Shown here piece by piece: positions 17,662 to 27,368 of a stretch of 64,000 nucleotides of DNA. The stretch spans positions 4,759 through 68,758 of the IMG/VR virus record IMGVR_UViG_3300028786_000009, one strand, 5' to 3'. The position numbers and the translations under genes are program-made. Numbering within the stretch: the stretch's first letter is position 1; each line of letters opens with the position of its first letter. The DNA comes from a virus. Below the pieces are notes generated by a model, which was given only the letters and a program-made list of their open reading frames with translations, was not told the DNA's origin and ran no database searches.

Positions 17662-18105
17662 TCACAGGTCGCGTGGGTTTGCCGGGAGGTGCACTCCCAG
17701 CTCGGTGGCCGCGTAGGCGGCAATCTGTTGCAGGTACAAGGTCATTTCGGCCTTGTTCAGATCACTGGTGCTCATCATCAAACGACGGTCCCCCTTGGGC
17801 AGGTACTGCCATTTGTCGATGCCTCTTGCGCACACGTCCGGTAGAAACTCTTCCTTGAATTGCTCATTCCAAACCTCAGCGCTGTAGCGCCGCCCGGCGG
17901 CCCAATACTGCTCGGCCACGGGCTCCAAAATGCCGACCCACATATAGGCGTTCTGTTCGAGGGATCGGCTCGTCTTGTACTCGGAAACGACAGCCTGGAG
18001 CCAGCGCTCCTGGGCCGCCATGGGCGCGAGGTTCGCCTTCATGAACGCGATGAACTTCTGCCAGTCCACCGCGCTGTAGAAAACGAACCGCCGCACCAAC
18101 ATCAT
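17662..18105 (-). CDS. ninB: NinB-family recombination protein
   Basis: RSLEQNAYMW...W...FK...STSDL...EM..Y...I.AYA. Confidence 0.8.
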   Translation of the reverse strand: MMLVRRFVFYSAVDWQKFIAFMKANLAPMAAQERWLQAVVSEYKTSRSLEQNAYMWVGILEPVAEQYWAAGRRYSAEVWNEQFKEEFLPDVCARGIDKWQYLPKGDRRLMMSTSDLNKAEMTLYLQQIAAYAATELGVHLPANPRDL

Positions 18106-18122
18106 GACATCTCCTGCTCAGC

Positions 18123-18446
18123 TCATTTCGGGGCGTCGAAGGGCACCAGTGGATGCGCGTCGTGCTGGTGCTGCACCAGGCCCACCGCCTTGACGCGGCG
18201 CAGGCAGATCGGGCAGGCAACCTTGTCGACGACGGCGGGCCTGGCGGCGGCGCGCTTGGCGGCCGGGCTCACCGGCGTCACGTTCTGGTAGTGCTTGCCC
18301 AAGCGCTGGATCACCGCGCCCTCGCGGCCCAGCTCGGTGGCGCAGCGCTTGCACAGCAGCGGCACATCGAAGGCGGTGCCGCCGATGAACTCGCCGCACT
18401 GCTCGCACAGCGTGCCGTCGAGCCGCATTTCAGCGTGCTCGCCCAT
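18123..18446 (-). CDS. Hypothetical Zn-finger protein
   Basis: CEQCGE...CKRC and C2H2-like CPIC...H...H. Confidence 0.65.
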   Translation of the reverse strand: MGEHAEMRLDGTLCEQCGEFIGGTAFDVPLLCKRCATELGREGAVIQRLGKHYQNVTPVSPAAKRAAARPAVVDKVACPICLRRVKAVGLVQHQHDAHPLVPFDAPK

Positions 18447-18448
18447 GG

Positions 18449-19228
18449 TCAGCCCCGCACCGTCACGCCGGTCTTGGGGAACACGCGCACGCCGGGCAGG
18501 TCGGTCTTAGCGCCCATCATCTTCACCTGCGCGCGCATCTTCACGCTGTCGATGCCCAGCAGCACGATCAGGTCGGCTCGCTTGGTCACGATGAACGTGG
18601 CCAGCTCCAACATGCTGGTCAGCTCGAAGTCGTAGGTCTTGCTGGTGCTGATGCCAGCGCCCTTGTAGACCGTGACGGGAGCGGGTTGCGCGATCACGAC
18701 TTCGGCGGTCTGCTCGAGGGCGATGGCCTGCGCTTCGAGGGCCATGTCGCCGGTGCTGGCGGCCTGCTCGCGCAGCACCTCGGCCTCGCGAGCGATGCGC
18801 TCGCGCTCCTCTTCGGCTTGGCGCTCGGCGGCCTGGCGCGTCTCGTTGGCCAGGCGCTCCTGTTCGGTCAGCCAGGTGGAGATCTTGCCCTTGACGATCT
18901 CCTCGGCGCTCTTGAGCGTCTTCAAGTGCGGCTGGAAGCGCGCGTTGAGCTTGCCCAGCACCTCGTTCATCGGCTTGGTGAAGCTGGTGCGATCGGCCTC
19001 CATGTCATCCCAGGCGGCCTTGAGCGATTTCAGCTCCTCCACCGCCATGTCGTAGTCGTCCTGGGTGACGATCGCCAGCTCGTTGACGGTGGCCAGGAAC
19101 ATCGCGGCGCGGCGCTGGTTGCGCGCCTCGTCGGGGGCGGCCTTCTTGGCCACCAGGCCCATCTCGATGGTCAGCTCGTCGTTAGCCGCGTTGGGGGTGC
19201 TCAGATCGGTCGTCATAACAGCGCTCAT
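18449..19228 (-). CDS. Coiled-coil protein of the recombination module
   Basis: Long heptad helix and C-terminal LPGVRV; sits downstream of exo and erf. Confidence 0.65.
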   Translation of the reverse strand: MSAVMTTDLSTPNAANDELTIEMGLVAKKAAPDEARNQRRAAMFLATVNELAIVTQDDYDMAVEELKSLKAAWDDMEADRTSFTKPMNEVLGKLNARFQPHLKTLKSAEEIVKGKISTWLTEQERLANETRQAAERQAEEERERIAREAEVLREQAASTGDMALEAQAIALEQTAEVVIAQPAPVTVYKGAGISTSKTYDFELTSMLELATFIVTKRADLIVLLGIDSVKMRAQVKMMGAKTDLPGVRVFPKTGVTVRG

Positions 19229-19869
19229 AGCTTGTGCCTCAGTTTCCAGGTTCGAAGGGTGGTCAGGGAGACGAACACAGGCCAGTCCTGCGCGTCTTCC
19301 CATTGAAGGAGCCGATAGGTGCCGTCCTCGCGGAGCTGCACCGTGAAGCGGGGCGCATCGGGGCACCCGGCCGCGTGGTTGTAGGCCATGGTCTGCACGC
19401 CCCAGCAGGGGTGTGCGTCCAGGCCCGTCTTGATGTCGACTTGAGCGAGCGGGATGTGTCTCCCCTTGATCGTCAGCTCGCCGAAACGGTCAGGCGTGCC
19501 GGCGTAGCGCAGCAGCGGGTGGAACAGCGGTTTCTCGATCGCCGACCAGATCGGGTCAGCGTCCAGCGTGAAGCGCTTCCAGCCTTGCAGGTAGCCGCGC
19601 ACCTTGGGCGTCAGCTCGTCCTCGTCCAGGTCCGCCTCGTCGAAGTACCAGCACGCCTGGTGCACGTGCGTGCCGCGCTCGGCCGCGGCCTCGAGCACGT
19701 CGGGCGAGACACCGGCGAACGGGTGCAGCTCGCGCAGCACCTGGGTCACGCTGGGCACCGACACGCCGTCGTACAGGTAGCGGTGGTGCTCCTGGTCGAA
19801 CTCCAGCAGCGCCGGGTTGTAGGCGGCCGGGCGGCGCAGCGGTGTGACGGTGGCGGGCACGGCGCTCAC
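19225..19869 (-). CDS. PD-(D/E)XK exonuclease
   Basis: VPSVTQVL, ERGT.VH, YAGTPD and DIKTG motifs. Confidence 0.85.
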   Translation of the reverse strand: MSAVPATVTPLRRPAAYNPALLEFDQEHHRYLYDGVSVPSVTQVLRELHPFAGVSPDVLEAAAERGTHVHQACWYFDEADLDEDELTPKVRGYLQGWKRFTLDADPIWSAIEKPLFHPLLRYAGTPDRFGELTIKGRHIPLAQVDIKTGLDAHPCWGVQTMAYNHAAGCPDAPRFTVQLREDGTYRLLQWEDAQDWPVFVSLTTLRTWKLRHKL

Positions 19870-20714
19870 CGGGCGGCCTTCTCGACTTCGGCCTTGACCA
19901 GCTTCCATTCGGCCTGCGTCATCTTGGCGTCGATCGCCGCCACCTTGAGCCGCACCAGCATCGCGGTGACGGCGTCAGCGTCCAGGCCCAGCGCCTTGAT
20001 CTTCACGCGCAGGTTCGCGAGCTGGCCCTCGCCGACCAGGTCGCCGCCGGTGGCCGCCGCGGGGCCAGGCGCAGCCGCGGGTGCGGGCTCGGCGTTGGCA
20101 GCGCTGGCGCTGGCGCTCTTGCGTGCGGGCGCGGGCGCCGGCGGGTTGCGCGTGGTGGTGCGCTCGCCGGGCTCGTTGCCGTTGTCGTCGAGATCATCGT
20201 CGGCGGCGATGCACAGCGCCGACGACAGCATGTAGCGGCGCATGTAGGTGATCAGCCCGCCGTAGATCTTCGGGTCCTCGGTCGGGCTCGGCGCCGGGAT
20301 GCGCGACTCCAGGATGCCGCCGTCGCCGTGCGTGATCAGCGTCACGAGCCACGAGTTGCCCTCGGTGTCGGGCACGATCGGCTGCGCGATGCCCAGACCG
20401 TTGGCCGACAGCGCCGGGCGCACCGCCTGCAAGATGCCGTCGAGGTCCGCGAAGTCGAACTCATAGGCCGGCTTGTCGCGCGGGCGGATCTGCACGTGGC
20501 GGTTCTTGGCGATCGGGGGGAACGCGCCCTGCGCCTTGGCCAGCGCGGCGAACAGCGCGGGCAGCTTGGCCGGGTCCGAGGGGAACAGCGGCGCGCGGTT
20601 GGTGCGCATCGCGCGGTCGCGCTCGAACAGCTTGATCAGCAGCGCCTGTATCTGATCGAGCGTCGGCCCGGTGGGGGCCGCCGGGGCAGCGGCTTGGTCG
20701 ACGACGGCGCTCAT
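19866..20714 (-). CDS. erf: ERF-family single-strand annealing protein
   Basis: ALAKAQ..F..I.KN...ADL..I...VRPAL..NGL...G..ITY.RRY.L...L.IA.DDD.D. Confidence 0.88.
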   Translation of the reverse strand: MSAVVDQAAAPAAPTGPTLDQIQALLIKLFERDRAMRTNRAPLFPSDPAKLPALFAALAKAQGAFPPIAKNRHVQIRPRDKPAYEFDFADLDGILQAVRPALSANGLGIAQPIVPDTEGNSWLVTLITHGDGGILESRIPAPSPTEDPKIYGGLITYMRRYMLSSALCIAADDDLDDNGNEPGERTTTRNPPAPAPARKSASASAANAEPAPAAAPGPAAATGGDLVGEGQLANLRVKIKALGLDADAVTAMLVRLKVAAIDAKMTQAEWKLVKAEVEKAAR

Positions 20715-20998
20715 TGCACACCGCCGATCGCGTAGTCCGCCGGGCAGTGGGCGTTCCAGATCGCGGCGTCGGCATCGATAGCCAAACGCTCGGCCACCAG
20801 GTGCGCGCGTTCGCGCCGGCCTTCGCCCCAGACGCGGTGATCGTCGCTGTAGTCATACGACCAGTCGTGCCGCTCGAGCGACGAGATGTAAGCCGCGCGG
20901 CGGTCCTCGGCGAGGGCGCTGGGCGGGGCGTTTTGGGGCGCGCAAATCCCGTGAGAAACGAGTATTTCCGCGAAGAGTGGGTGAAGGTTCGAGTCCAT
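20711..20998 (-). CDS. Hypothetical protein, first gene of the leftward early operon
   Basis: L..HDW.Y.YSDD..VW..G motif. Confidence 0.65.
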   Translation of the reverse strand: MDSNLHPLFAEILVSHGICAPQNAPPSALAEDRRAAYISSLERHDWSYDYSDDHRVWGEGRRERAHLVAERLAIDADAAIWNAHCPADYAIGGVQ

Positions 20999-21284
20999 TT
21001 TGAGAGGGAAGACGCTGCAAAACGTCGTGGTTTGAGATGAGCAGAATTATGGGTGTCTTTTTGCCAACATGCAACCGCGACTGAGCGAAACGAAAGCATA
21101 TGCGACCTGCACGAATCCGCAACAGCATATAAATTTGCTTGCAACTTGGATGTCGAATGCCTAGAACTGTGACCTAACCAGGGGAGTCCCCGTAAGGGTT
21201 GCCACGCAGTGGGCAGCAACGTACGGGGTCTTTTTAGACATGAGCAGAAAATCGAGCACCCGAAAGGTGCGTTTCGAGGGCACC
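20999..21284. promoter_or_regulatory. Divergent early control region
   Basis: AT-richer gap between divergently oriented operons. Confidence 0.6.
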
Positions 21285-21497
21285 ATGGAAACAGCGATTG
21301 CAATCGAGCTAGCAGGCGGGCGCGACAAGCTCGCCGCCCTGCTGGGCGTGGCCACCATCACCACCTACCACTGGATCGGCATGCTGCCGGCCAAGCACGA
21401 GACGCTGCTGCGCGCGAAGCGGCCGAGGTGGTTCCGAGAGATCGAGCGCCTGCGCGCCGAGCAGGCCGCGGAGACTGCCGCCAACGCCGAGTCGTGA
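21285..21497 (+). CDS. Cro-like HTH protein
   Basis: AIELAGGRDKLAALLGVATITTYHW; first rightward gene. Confidence 0.7.
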   Translation: METAIAIELAGGRDKLAALLGVATITTYHWIGMLPAKHETLLRAKRPRWFREIERLRAEQAAETAANAES

Positions 21498-21511
21498 CGC
21501 GGGGGCCGGCG

Positions 21512-21835
21512 ATGTCACAAGAACAGATCCCGCTCGACTTCGACACCCTGCCTATCCACATCGAGACGACGACCAGCACGCGCTGGTCCGAGATCGCCTG
21601 GATGCATGCACAGGCTTACCTGGCCGGCCTGTCGTCGGGCACCCCCGTCACCGCCGAGCGAATGCGCATCGTCGCCGAGGAGCACGGCTGTCCGGTGCCC
21701 GTCGACCGGCGCGCCTGGGGCGGCGTGATCAACCGCGCCGCCAGCGCGCGCCTGGTGGTCAAGACCGACGATCAGGTTCGCGCCACGCTGCGCAACGTGC
21801 ACCGCCAGCTCATCACCCAGTGGGTGCGGTCATGA
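21512..21835 (+). CDS. Hypothetical protein (wHTH-like)
   Basis: D.RAWG.V..RA motif. Confidence 0.6.
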   Translation: MSQEQIPLDFDTLPIHIETTTSTRWSEIAWMHAQAYLAGLSSGTPVTAERMRIVAEEHGCPVPVDRRAWGGVINRAASARLVVKTDDQVRATLRNVHRQLITQWVRS

Positions 21836-22974
21836 GCGCGGCCGAGATGGCCCCGGCGGCCAAGCCCCCGGGGCGCTACCGCAAGGTCGAGGTACGCACG
21901 TGGGGCGACGAGCGCTTTCGCGCCCTGTCCAAGCTGCCGCCGTGCGGGCAGGGGCTGTGGCTGTACCTGATGGTCGGCCCGCGCACCGGGCAGATCCCCG
22001 GGCTCATCTGCGCCGGCCCGGCGGCGATGGCCGAAGACCTGGGTTGGCCGCTGAAAGGCTTCCAGGAAGCCTTTCGGGAAGCCTTCGCCTATGGCATGGC
22101 GCAAGCCGACTTCGAGGCCCGCCTGGTGTGGCTGCCGAACGCCATTCGCCATAATCCACCGGCCTCGCCGAACGTGGTCAAAAGCTGGGGCGCGGAGTTC
22201 GATTTGGTGCCCGAATGCGCCCTGAAACGTACCGCGTACGATGCGCTAAGAGTGAGCATTCATGCGGTCGGCGAAGCCTTCGGGCAAGCCTTCGACAAGT
22301 CTTGGCGAAAGCCTTCCGCTAAGCCTTCCCCTAAGCCTTCCCTTATGCCTTCACCGAACCAGGAACAGGAACAGGAACAGGAACAGGAGCAGGAATTCAA
22401 CAGCCTATCGGACCCTAACGGGTCCTCGTCGACGCCGCTGGCGCCGACCGCCGGGACCCCCGGAAATATGGCGAATGGGGGAAATATGGCGAATGGCGAA
22501 GCGCCCCCGAAGCCAGCCAGGAAGGCCAAGAAAACGGCCGAGCCGAAACCGGGGCTCTTGCCCTGCCCGTACAAGGCCATCATCGCCCTGTACCACGAGC
22601 ACCTGCCGATGCTGCCGCGCGTGGTCCTCGAAAACGACCGACGCCACGCGCTGATGCGCAAGTTCTGGGCGTTCCCCCTCACGAGCATCCGCAGGGACGG
22701 CACACGCCGCGCCAATAACGCCGAAGAGGCGCTCGCCTGGATCGGCCAATACTTCGAACGCGCATCGCATAACCCGTTCCTGATGGGGGAGGGGCGGCGC
22801 GACGGCGAGCATGCGAACTGGCGCTGCGACTTCGATTTCCTCATGAGCGAGCGGGGCATGAAGCAGGTGATCGAGAAAACCCAGGTGCCAGCGTCCGACG
22901 AACCGCCGGCACTGCCGGCACCCCCGCCCAGCGTTCCCGATCAAGCCCTGTTGGCCCTGGAGGCAGCATCGTGA
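21832..22974 (+). CDS. Phage replication initiator (lambda O-like position)
   Basis: YRKV..R.W.D..F..LS N-terminus, NQEQEQEQ linker, W.CDFDFLM C-terminus; upstream of DnaB. Confidence 0.8.
   Translation: MSAAEMAPAAKPPGRYRKVEVRTWGDERFRALSKLPPCGQGLWLYLMVGPRTGQIPGLICAGPAAMAEDLGWPLKGFQEAFREAFAYGMAQADFEARLVWLPNAIRHNPPASPNVVKSWGAEFDLVPECALKRTAYDALRVSIHAVGEAFGQAFDKSWRKPSAKPSPKPSLMPSPNQEQEQEQEQEQEFNSLSDPNGSSSTPLAPTAGTPGNMANGGNMANGEAPPKPARKAKKTAEPKPGLLPCPYKAIIALYHEHLPMLPRVVLENDRRHALMRKFWAFPLTSIRRDGTRRANNAEEALAWIGQYFERASHNPFLMGEGRRDGEHANWRCDFDFLMSERGMKQVIEKTQVPASDEPPALPAPPPSVPDQALLALEAAS
22274..22352 (+). repeat. ~12-bp periodic AAGCCTTC iteron-like array (putative origin)
   Basis: Copies at 22274, 22286, 22309, 22321 and 22333; degenerate copies at 22297 and 22345. 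Confidence 0.6.
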
Positions 22975-23234
22975 TGAACTACCGTTCGAGGCAATGGTTT
23001 CGGCGCGCACCGCTCAACGGCTTGCCGGCCAACACGCTGCGCGAGGTGGACCCCTCGGCGCTGGACTGGTGGGAAGACACCGCGGGGGCCGCGCAGCGCG
23101 AGCGCTGGCAGCGTGAGCACCTGGGCTGGCAACCCTCGCGGCGGGGCACCGTCGGCTGCGCGCTGGTGGCGCTGGCGCTGCTGGCGGTGATCGCCTGGCA
23201 CACGCTGGCGCTGTGGGCCTGGTGGCAGGCATGA
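22971..23234 (+). CDS. Hypothetical membrane-anchored protein
   Basis: C-terminal hydrophobic helix; coupled overlaps. Confidence 0.5.
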   Translation: MMNYRSRQWFRRAPLNGLPANTLREVDPSALDWWEDTAGAAQRERWQREHLGWQPSRRGTVGCALVALALLAVIAWHTLALWAWWQA

Positions 23235-24682
23235 CGGCGCGCTTCGTCCCGCGTGAGGCCGACGACGGCGCCGGCGGCTATCCGGCCCTGCTCGACACGC
23301 CGCGCGTGCCCTGGAGCCCCGAGGCCGAGCAGTCGGTGCTGGGCGGCCTGCTGCTCGACAACGCGGCCCACGACCGCATCGCCGGGGTGCTGGAGGCGAA
23401 CAGCTTTTTCTCCCAGCAGCACACGCTCGTCTGGGGCGTCATCACCGGGCTGATCGCCGCGGGCAAGCCGGCCGACGTGATCACGGTGTTCGAGGAGCTG
23501 CGCGAGCGTGGCCTAGGCGAGCGCTCGGGCGGCCTGGCCTACCTCAACGCGCTGGCCCAGTCGGTGCCGAGCGCGGCCAACATCCGCCGCTACGCCGAGA
23601 TCGTGCGCGAGCGCCACGGCGAGCGGATGCTGCGGTTTGCCTGCGACGAGGCGCTGACGATGGCGCTTGGCACCGGCTCGATGGCCACCAAGCTGGACGC
23701 CATCCAGGGCAAGTTCTCGGCGCTGTCGCGCCACCAGGTGCGCTCGATGCCGGTGTCCATGCGCGGCGTGGCCGCGGCCTGCCTCGAGGCGGTGCAGAAC
23801 GTCGCCGAGGGCAACGGCCCCGAGTGCTGGAGCACGCACCTCGGGGTGCTCGACCGGCTGCTGCTGGGCGGCTTCCGGCCGGGCCGGGTCTACTTCGTCG
23901 GCGCGCGCCCCTCGGTGGGCAAGAGCGCGCTGGCGCAGTGGTGGACGCTGCAACTGGCGCGCGCCACCGAGGCGGTGACATCGCTGATCCTGTCCCAGGA
24001 GATGCCCAAGCGCGAGGTGGGCGACCGCGCGCTGGCGATGGTCGCGCAGGTGCCCTACGAGGGCATCCAGACCGGCACCCTGTCGCAGGCGCAGTGGAGC
24101 GCGCTGAGCGAGGCCACCGACATCCTGGCCGGCCTGCCGACCTACGTCGACGACCAGGCCGACCTGACGATCGGCGACATCCGCATGAAGGCGCGCTACG
24201 TGCCAGGCATGCGGCTGCTGGTGGTCGACTACGTGCAGTTGTGCAAGGGCGCCGACGAGGGCAACCCGAACCGCAACCAGGAGCTCGAGATCATCAGCCG
24301 CGGGCTCAAGAGCCTGGCCAAGGAGCTGGACTGCGCCGTCGTCGTGCTCTCGCAGCTCAAGCGCTACGTCGACGAGCGCCCGCACAAGCGCCCGATCATG
24401 AGCGACCTCAAGGACTGCGGCGGCCTGGAGCAAGACGCCGACGCGGTGATCCTGCTGTTCCCGGTGATGTGGCGCCGGCACGAGGGCATCTGGCTCATCG
24501 GCATGGACCTGCCGAAGAACCGCCAAGGCCCCAAGGGCAGCGGCCTGCTCGCGTTCAAGCCGACCACGCTCGACTGGTGGGAGGAAACGCGCTACGACCT
24601 GGACGAGCTGCTCAAGCCCGGGGCGCGCCAGTCGAAGACATCCCTGGCCTCGTTGCCGGCACAACAGCAAAAGGAGCTGTAG
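23231..24682 (+). CDS. dnaB: Replicative DNA helicase, DnaB family
   Basis: EAEQSVLGGLL, GARPSVGKS, VVDYVQL, LSQL.R, EQDAD. Confidence 0.95.
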   Translation: MTARFVPREADDGAGGYPALLDTPRVPWSPEAEQSVLGGLLLDNAAHDRIAGVLEANSFFSQQHTLVWGVITGLIAAGKPADVITVFEELRERGLGERSGGLAYLNALAQSVPSAANIRRYAEIVRERHGERMLRFACDEALTMALGTGSMATKLDAIQGKFSALSRHQVRSMPVSMRGVAAACLEAVQNVAEGNGPECWSTHLGVLDRLLLGGFRPGRVYFVGARPSVGKSALAQWWTLQLARATEAVTSLILSQEMPKREVGDRALAMVAQVPYEGIQTGTLSQAQWSALSEATDILAGLPTYVDDQADLTIGDIRMKARYVPGMRLLVVDYVQLCKGADEGNPNRNQELEIISRGLKSLAKELDCAVVVLSQLKRYVDERPHKRPIMSDLKDCGGLEQDADAVILLFPVMWRRHEGIWLIGMDLPKNRQGPKGSGLLAFKPTTLDWWEETRYDLDELLKPGARQSKTSLASLPAQQQKEL

Positions 24683-24685
24683 ACC

Positions 24686-25399
24686 ATGACCAACGACCAG
24701 CACTCACGCATGCGTCAGGCCGCGCGCCACCTGTTGGACCTGTCGCAAACCGGCACCGCGGTGGATGCGCTGGCGGTGCAGTGGGCGCGCAAGGTGCTGG
24801 CCAGCAAGGGGCCGGCCGCGCGCGTGGCCTTCCAGCGCGAGAAGATCCTGGCGGTGCTGCGCAGCGCGCCGCCGCAGGGCATGACGGCAGTGCAGATCCG
24901 CCAGGTCTGCGACATGAGCGCCAACACCTGCAACTTCACGTTGCACTGCATGGTCGAGCGCGGCCTGACGGCACGGCTGATGGTGCACGGGCGCAGTCGC
25001 TACTTCACCGACATCGAGGCGCTGGAGGTGGGCCGCCCGCTGGTGGCCGCCGAGGAGCGCGAGCGCGAGTTCGCGCGCATGCCACCGCCCAAGCCCAAGC
25101 CCGAGCCCAAGCCGCAGCCCGAGCCCGAGCCGCACGTGGAGCCGCGAGCCAAGCGCGCGATCAAGGTCCGAGGCGGGGGCAGCAGCAGCAGCGGCGGGGG
25201 CGGCGGTGGCGGTGGCGGTGGCGCGCCCATGCGCTGGGCTCCTGCGCCACGCACACCGCCCGCGGCGCTGCCCGACGGCGTGCCGGTGACGGTGCTGCCC
25301 AGCCACCTCGGGGCGCGCTTCCAGGTGCGCGAGCCGGTCGAGGGCATCGGCGCCATGGCCGAGTGGCTGCGCCGACGCAGCCTCGAGCTGCCGGCATGA
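24686..25399 (+). CDS. Hypothetical protein with wHTH-like segment and low-complexity tail
   Basis: AAGGAG SD; GMT..QI...C.MS.NT...L..M...GL. Confidence 0.55.
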   Translation: MTNDQHSRMRQAARHLLDLSQTGTAVDALAVQWARKVLASKGPAARVAFQREKILAVLRSAPPQGMTAVQIRQVCDMSANTCNFTLHCMVERGLTARLMVHGRSRYFTDIEALEVGRPLVAAEEREREFARMPPPKPKPEPKPQPEPEPHVEPRAKRAIKVRGGGSSSSGGGGGGGGGGAPMRWAPAPRTPPAALPDGVPVTVLPSHLGARFQVREPVEGIGAMAEWLRRRSLELPA

Positions 25400-25899
25400 G
25401 CACGCTGGTGCTGCGCCTGCCGTACCCGATCTCGGGCAACGACTACTGGGCGCACCGCTGCTACTACGACAAGAAGACGCGCGCCTATCGTGCCGTCACG
25501 CACCGCACCCACGAGGCCAACGCGTACATCGACGAGTGCCGCTGGATCGCCAAGAAGGCCGGCATCTACCAGCCGCTGTCGGGCCGCCTGGTGGTGGGCT
25601 ACCGGCTGTACCCGCACCGCCCGCAGGACTGGGCCACGCGCCAGCGCAAGCTGGGCGAGTGGTGGGACGACGGCGTGCGCTGCATCGACCTGGGCAACGC
25701 CGAGAAAGTGGTGTCCGACGCGATGCAGGGGCTGCTGTATGCCGACGATGCACAGTTTCGCAAACTGGTGCTCGAACGCATGGAGCCCGACGCCAACGGG
25801 GCGCGGCTGATGGCCTTCATCCAGCGCGTGGAGCGTGCGCAGCTCACGCTGCTGGCGTCGCCACCGCTGCGTGACGTCGTAATTTCTGCTCATGTCTGA
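25396..25899 (+). CDS. rusA: RusA-family Holliday junction resolvase
   Basis: LPYPISGN.YW...DLGNAEK.VSDAMQG..Y.DD.Q. Confidence 0.85.
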   Translation: MSTLVLRLPYPISGNDYWAHRCYYDKKTRAYRAVTHRTHEANAYIDECRWIAKKAGIYQPLSGRLVVGYRLYPHRPQDWATRQRKLGEWWDDGVRCIDLGNAEKVVSDAMQGLLYADDAQFRKLVLERMEPDANGARLMAFIQRVERAQLTLLASPPLRDVVISAHV

Positions 25900-25971
25900 G
25901 ATGGGGTATTCCAACGGGGTCATTCGGCGTGATACGATGAAATCTCCTCATTTCAAACCAAGGATGCTTGC

Positions 25972-26208
25972 ATGCTTAAATTACTCACCACCCTGGGCGC
26001 CGCGCTCGTTCTGAGCACCGCCGCCCACGCTGTCGGCCTGGCCGACGTGATCGCCGCCGACGAGGCGATCGAGGCCGCCAAGGCGCAGAAGAAGGCCGCG
26101 ATGAAGGGCCTGACCCCGGTCGAGCGCGCCGAGGTGCGCCTGGCCAACGCGCAGCGCTCGCTGGACAAGGCGCGCCGCTCCGGCGAGCGCAAGGAGGCCA
26201 GCAAGTGA
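25972..26208 (+). CDS. Small exported protein (signal peptide)
   Basis: MLKLLTTLGAALVLSTAAHA: Sec-type signal ending A-H-A. Confidence 0.55.
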   Translation: MLKLLTTLGAALVLSTAAHAVGLADVIAADEAIEAAKAQKKAAMKGLTPVERAEVRLANAQRSLDKARRSGERKEASK

Positions 26209-26525
26209 GCATCACCACCGTCAAGCCGATCGCCACGCGCACGTTCACCACGGCGCTGGTCGAGCACGGGTCCTGGGGCGGGCGCGCGCTGGGCGAGCAC
26301 GAGTCGACGATGGAGCTGTTCCACGACGAGGCCGACCCGCTGCGCGGCTACATCGAGTGGGACATCCCCGCGCTCGAAACCGGCGAGGGCATCGGCCTGA
26401 CCTACGAGCTGATGCCCGATGGCCGGCGCGAGCTGGTCGAGTACGACGGCATCATGAGCCTGCCGCTCGAAGCCAAGCTGATCCTCGAATCGGTGGGCAT
26501 CGTGGTGGGCGAGGACATGGTGTGA
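26205..26525 (+). CDS. Hypothetical acidic protein
   Basis: AGGAGG SD; coupled. Confidence 0.6.
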   Translation: MSITTVKPIATRTFTTALVEHGSWGGRALGEHESTMELFHDEADPLRGYIEWDIPALETGEGIGLTYELMPDGRRELVEYDGIMSLPLEAKLILESVGIVVGEDMV

Positions 26526-26857
26526 TGATCGAGCCCTACAACTTCGAAGCGCTGCCGGCGCGCGCGGTCGAGTCGCTGACGCGCTGGATCGAGCGCGGCC
26601 AGTTGCCAAGCAGCGGCTTTCTCGGCGCGGTGCTGCGCAACGACTTGTGCGATGCCTGCGCGCGCGCTGACAGCACCAACGCCGGCTTGCTGCGGGTCTA
26701 CATGGCCTGGCTGTCCAAGGTGGCGCCCTCGGTGTGCTGGGGCTCGCCGGCCAAGGTCGACGCGTGGGTGCGCTTTCACGCCGGCACGCCCGACCAGGCC
26801 GAGCGCGACGCACTCGGCTACAACCGCCCGGTCCACGGGCTGCGAGGCCGGTCATGA
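26525..26857 (+). CDS. Hypothetical protein
   Basis: GFL.AVL.NDL..A..RAD..N...CWGS...V..W, a common phage pattern. Confidence 0.65.
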   Translation: MIEPYNFEALPARAVESLTRWIERGQLPSSGFLGAVLRNDLCDACARADSTNAGLLRVYMAWLSKVAPSVCWGSPAKVDAWVRFHAGTPDQAERDALGYNRPVHGLRGRS

Positions 26858-27081
26858 CGCGCTCGCGCGGCACCTTGCGCTGGCTGACGTGCTGCGTGTG
26901 CGGCGCTGATGCCGGGCGCTTCGAGCAGCACTGGAACCGCGACGACTTCTTCGGCATCTGTGTGCGCTGCGTGATGTGGGAGCGCACCCGGCTCGAAGAG
27001 GAAGAAATCACGCGGCTGTACGGCGTGCAGGGCGTCAACTTCGCCGCACCAGTCGACCAACCGGAGGTCAGCGCACCATGA
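26854..27081 (+). CDS. Small Zn-binding protein
   Basis: CC.CG...QHWNRD..FG.C..C. Confidence 0.6.
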   Translation: MTRSRGTLRWLTCCVCGADAGRFEQHWNRDDFFGICVRCVMWERTRLEEEEITRLYGVQGVNFAAPVDQPEVSAP

Positions 27082-27299
27082 GCAGCACCGCAGACATCGC
27101 GAGCCTCGAGCCCAAGGACCACCCCCCGACGGCGAGCGCGGTGGCAGCGGGTATGGACAACGTGGCCGACAGGGTCGACACGCAGTGCCCGGCGTGCAGC
27201 GGCGAGAGCATGCTGCTCGGGCGCCACGCGCGCCAGTTGCACCTGCGCTGCCGGCGCTGCGGCTGGGTCTTCGCGGTGTCGATCCCGCCCGACGGCTGA
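27078..27299 (+). CDS. Small Zn-ribbon protein
   Basis: CPAC...CRRCGW; GGAGG SD. Confidence 0.55.
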   Translation: MSSTADIASLEPKDHPPTASAVAAGMDNVADRVDTQCPACSGESMLLGRHARQLHLRCRRCGWVFAVSIPPDG

Positions 27300-27319
27300 A
27301 CCGACTTACCACCAGGTGT

Positions 27320-27349
27320 GATGACGGCCCTTCGGGGCCGTTGTCGTTT
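27320..27349 (+). terminator. Probable intrinsic terminator
   Basis: GATGACGGCCC-TTCG-GGGCCGTTGTC followed by GTTT. Confidence 0.6.
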
Positions 27350-27368
27350 GTCGCCTATGCTGGCTCGC

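Noticed and set aside
19225-19869. Cas4 / CRISPR-associated nuclease
   Set aside because: Lacks the Fe-S cysteine set and is coupled to ERF; an ordinary recombination exonuclease.
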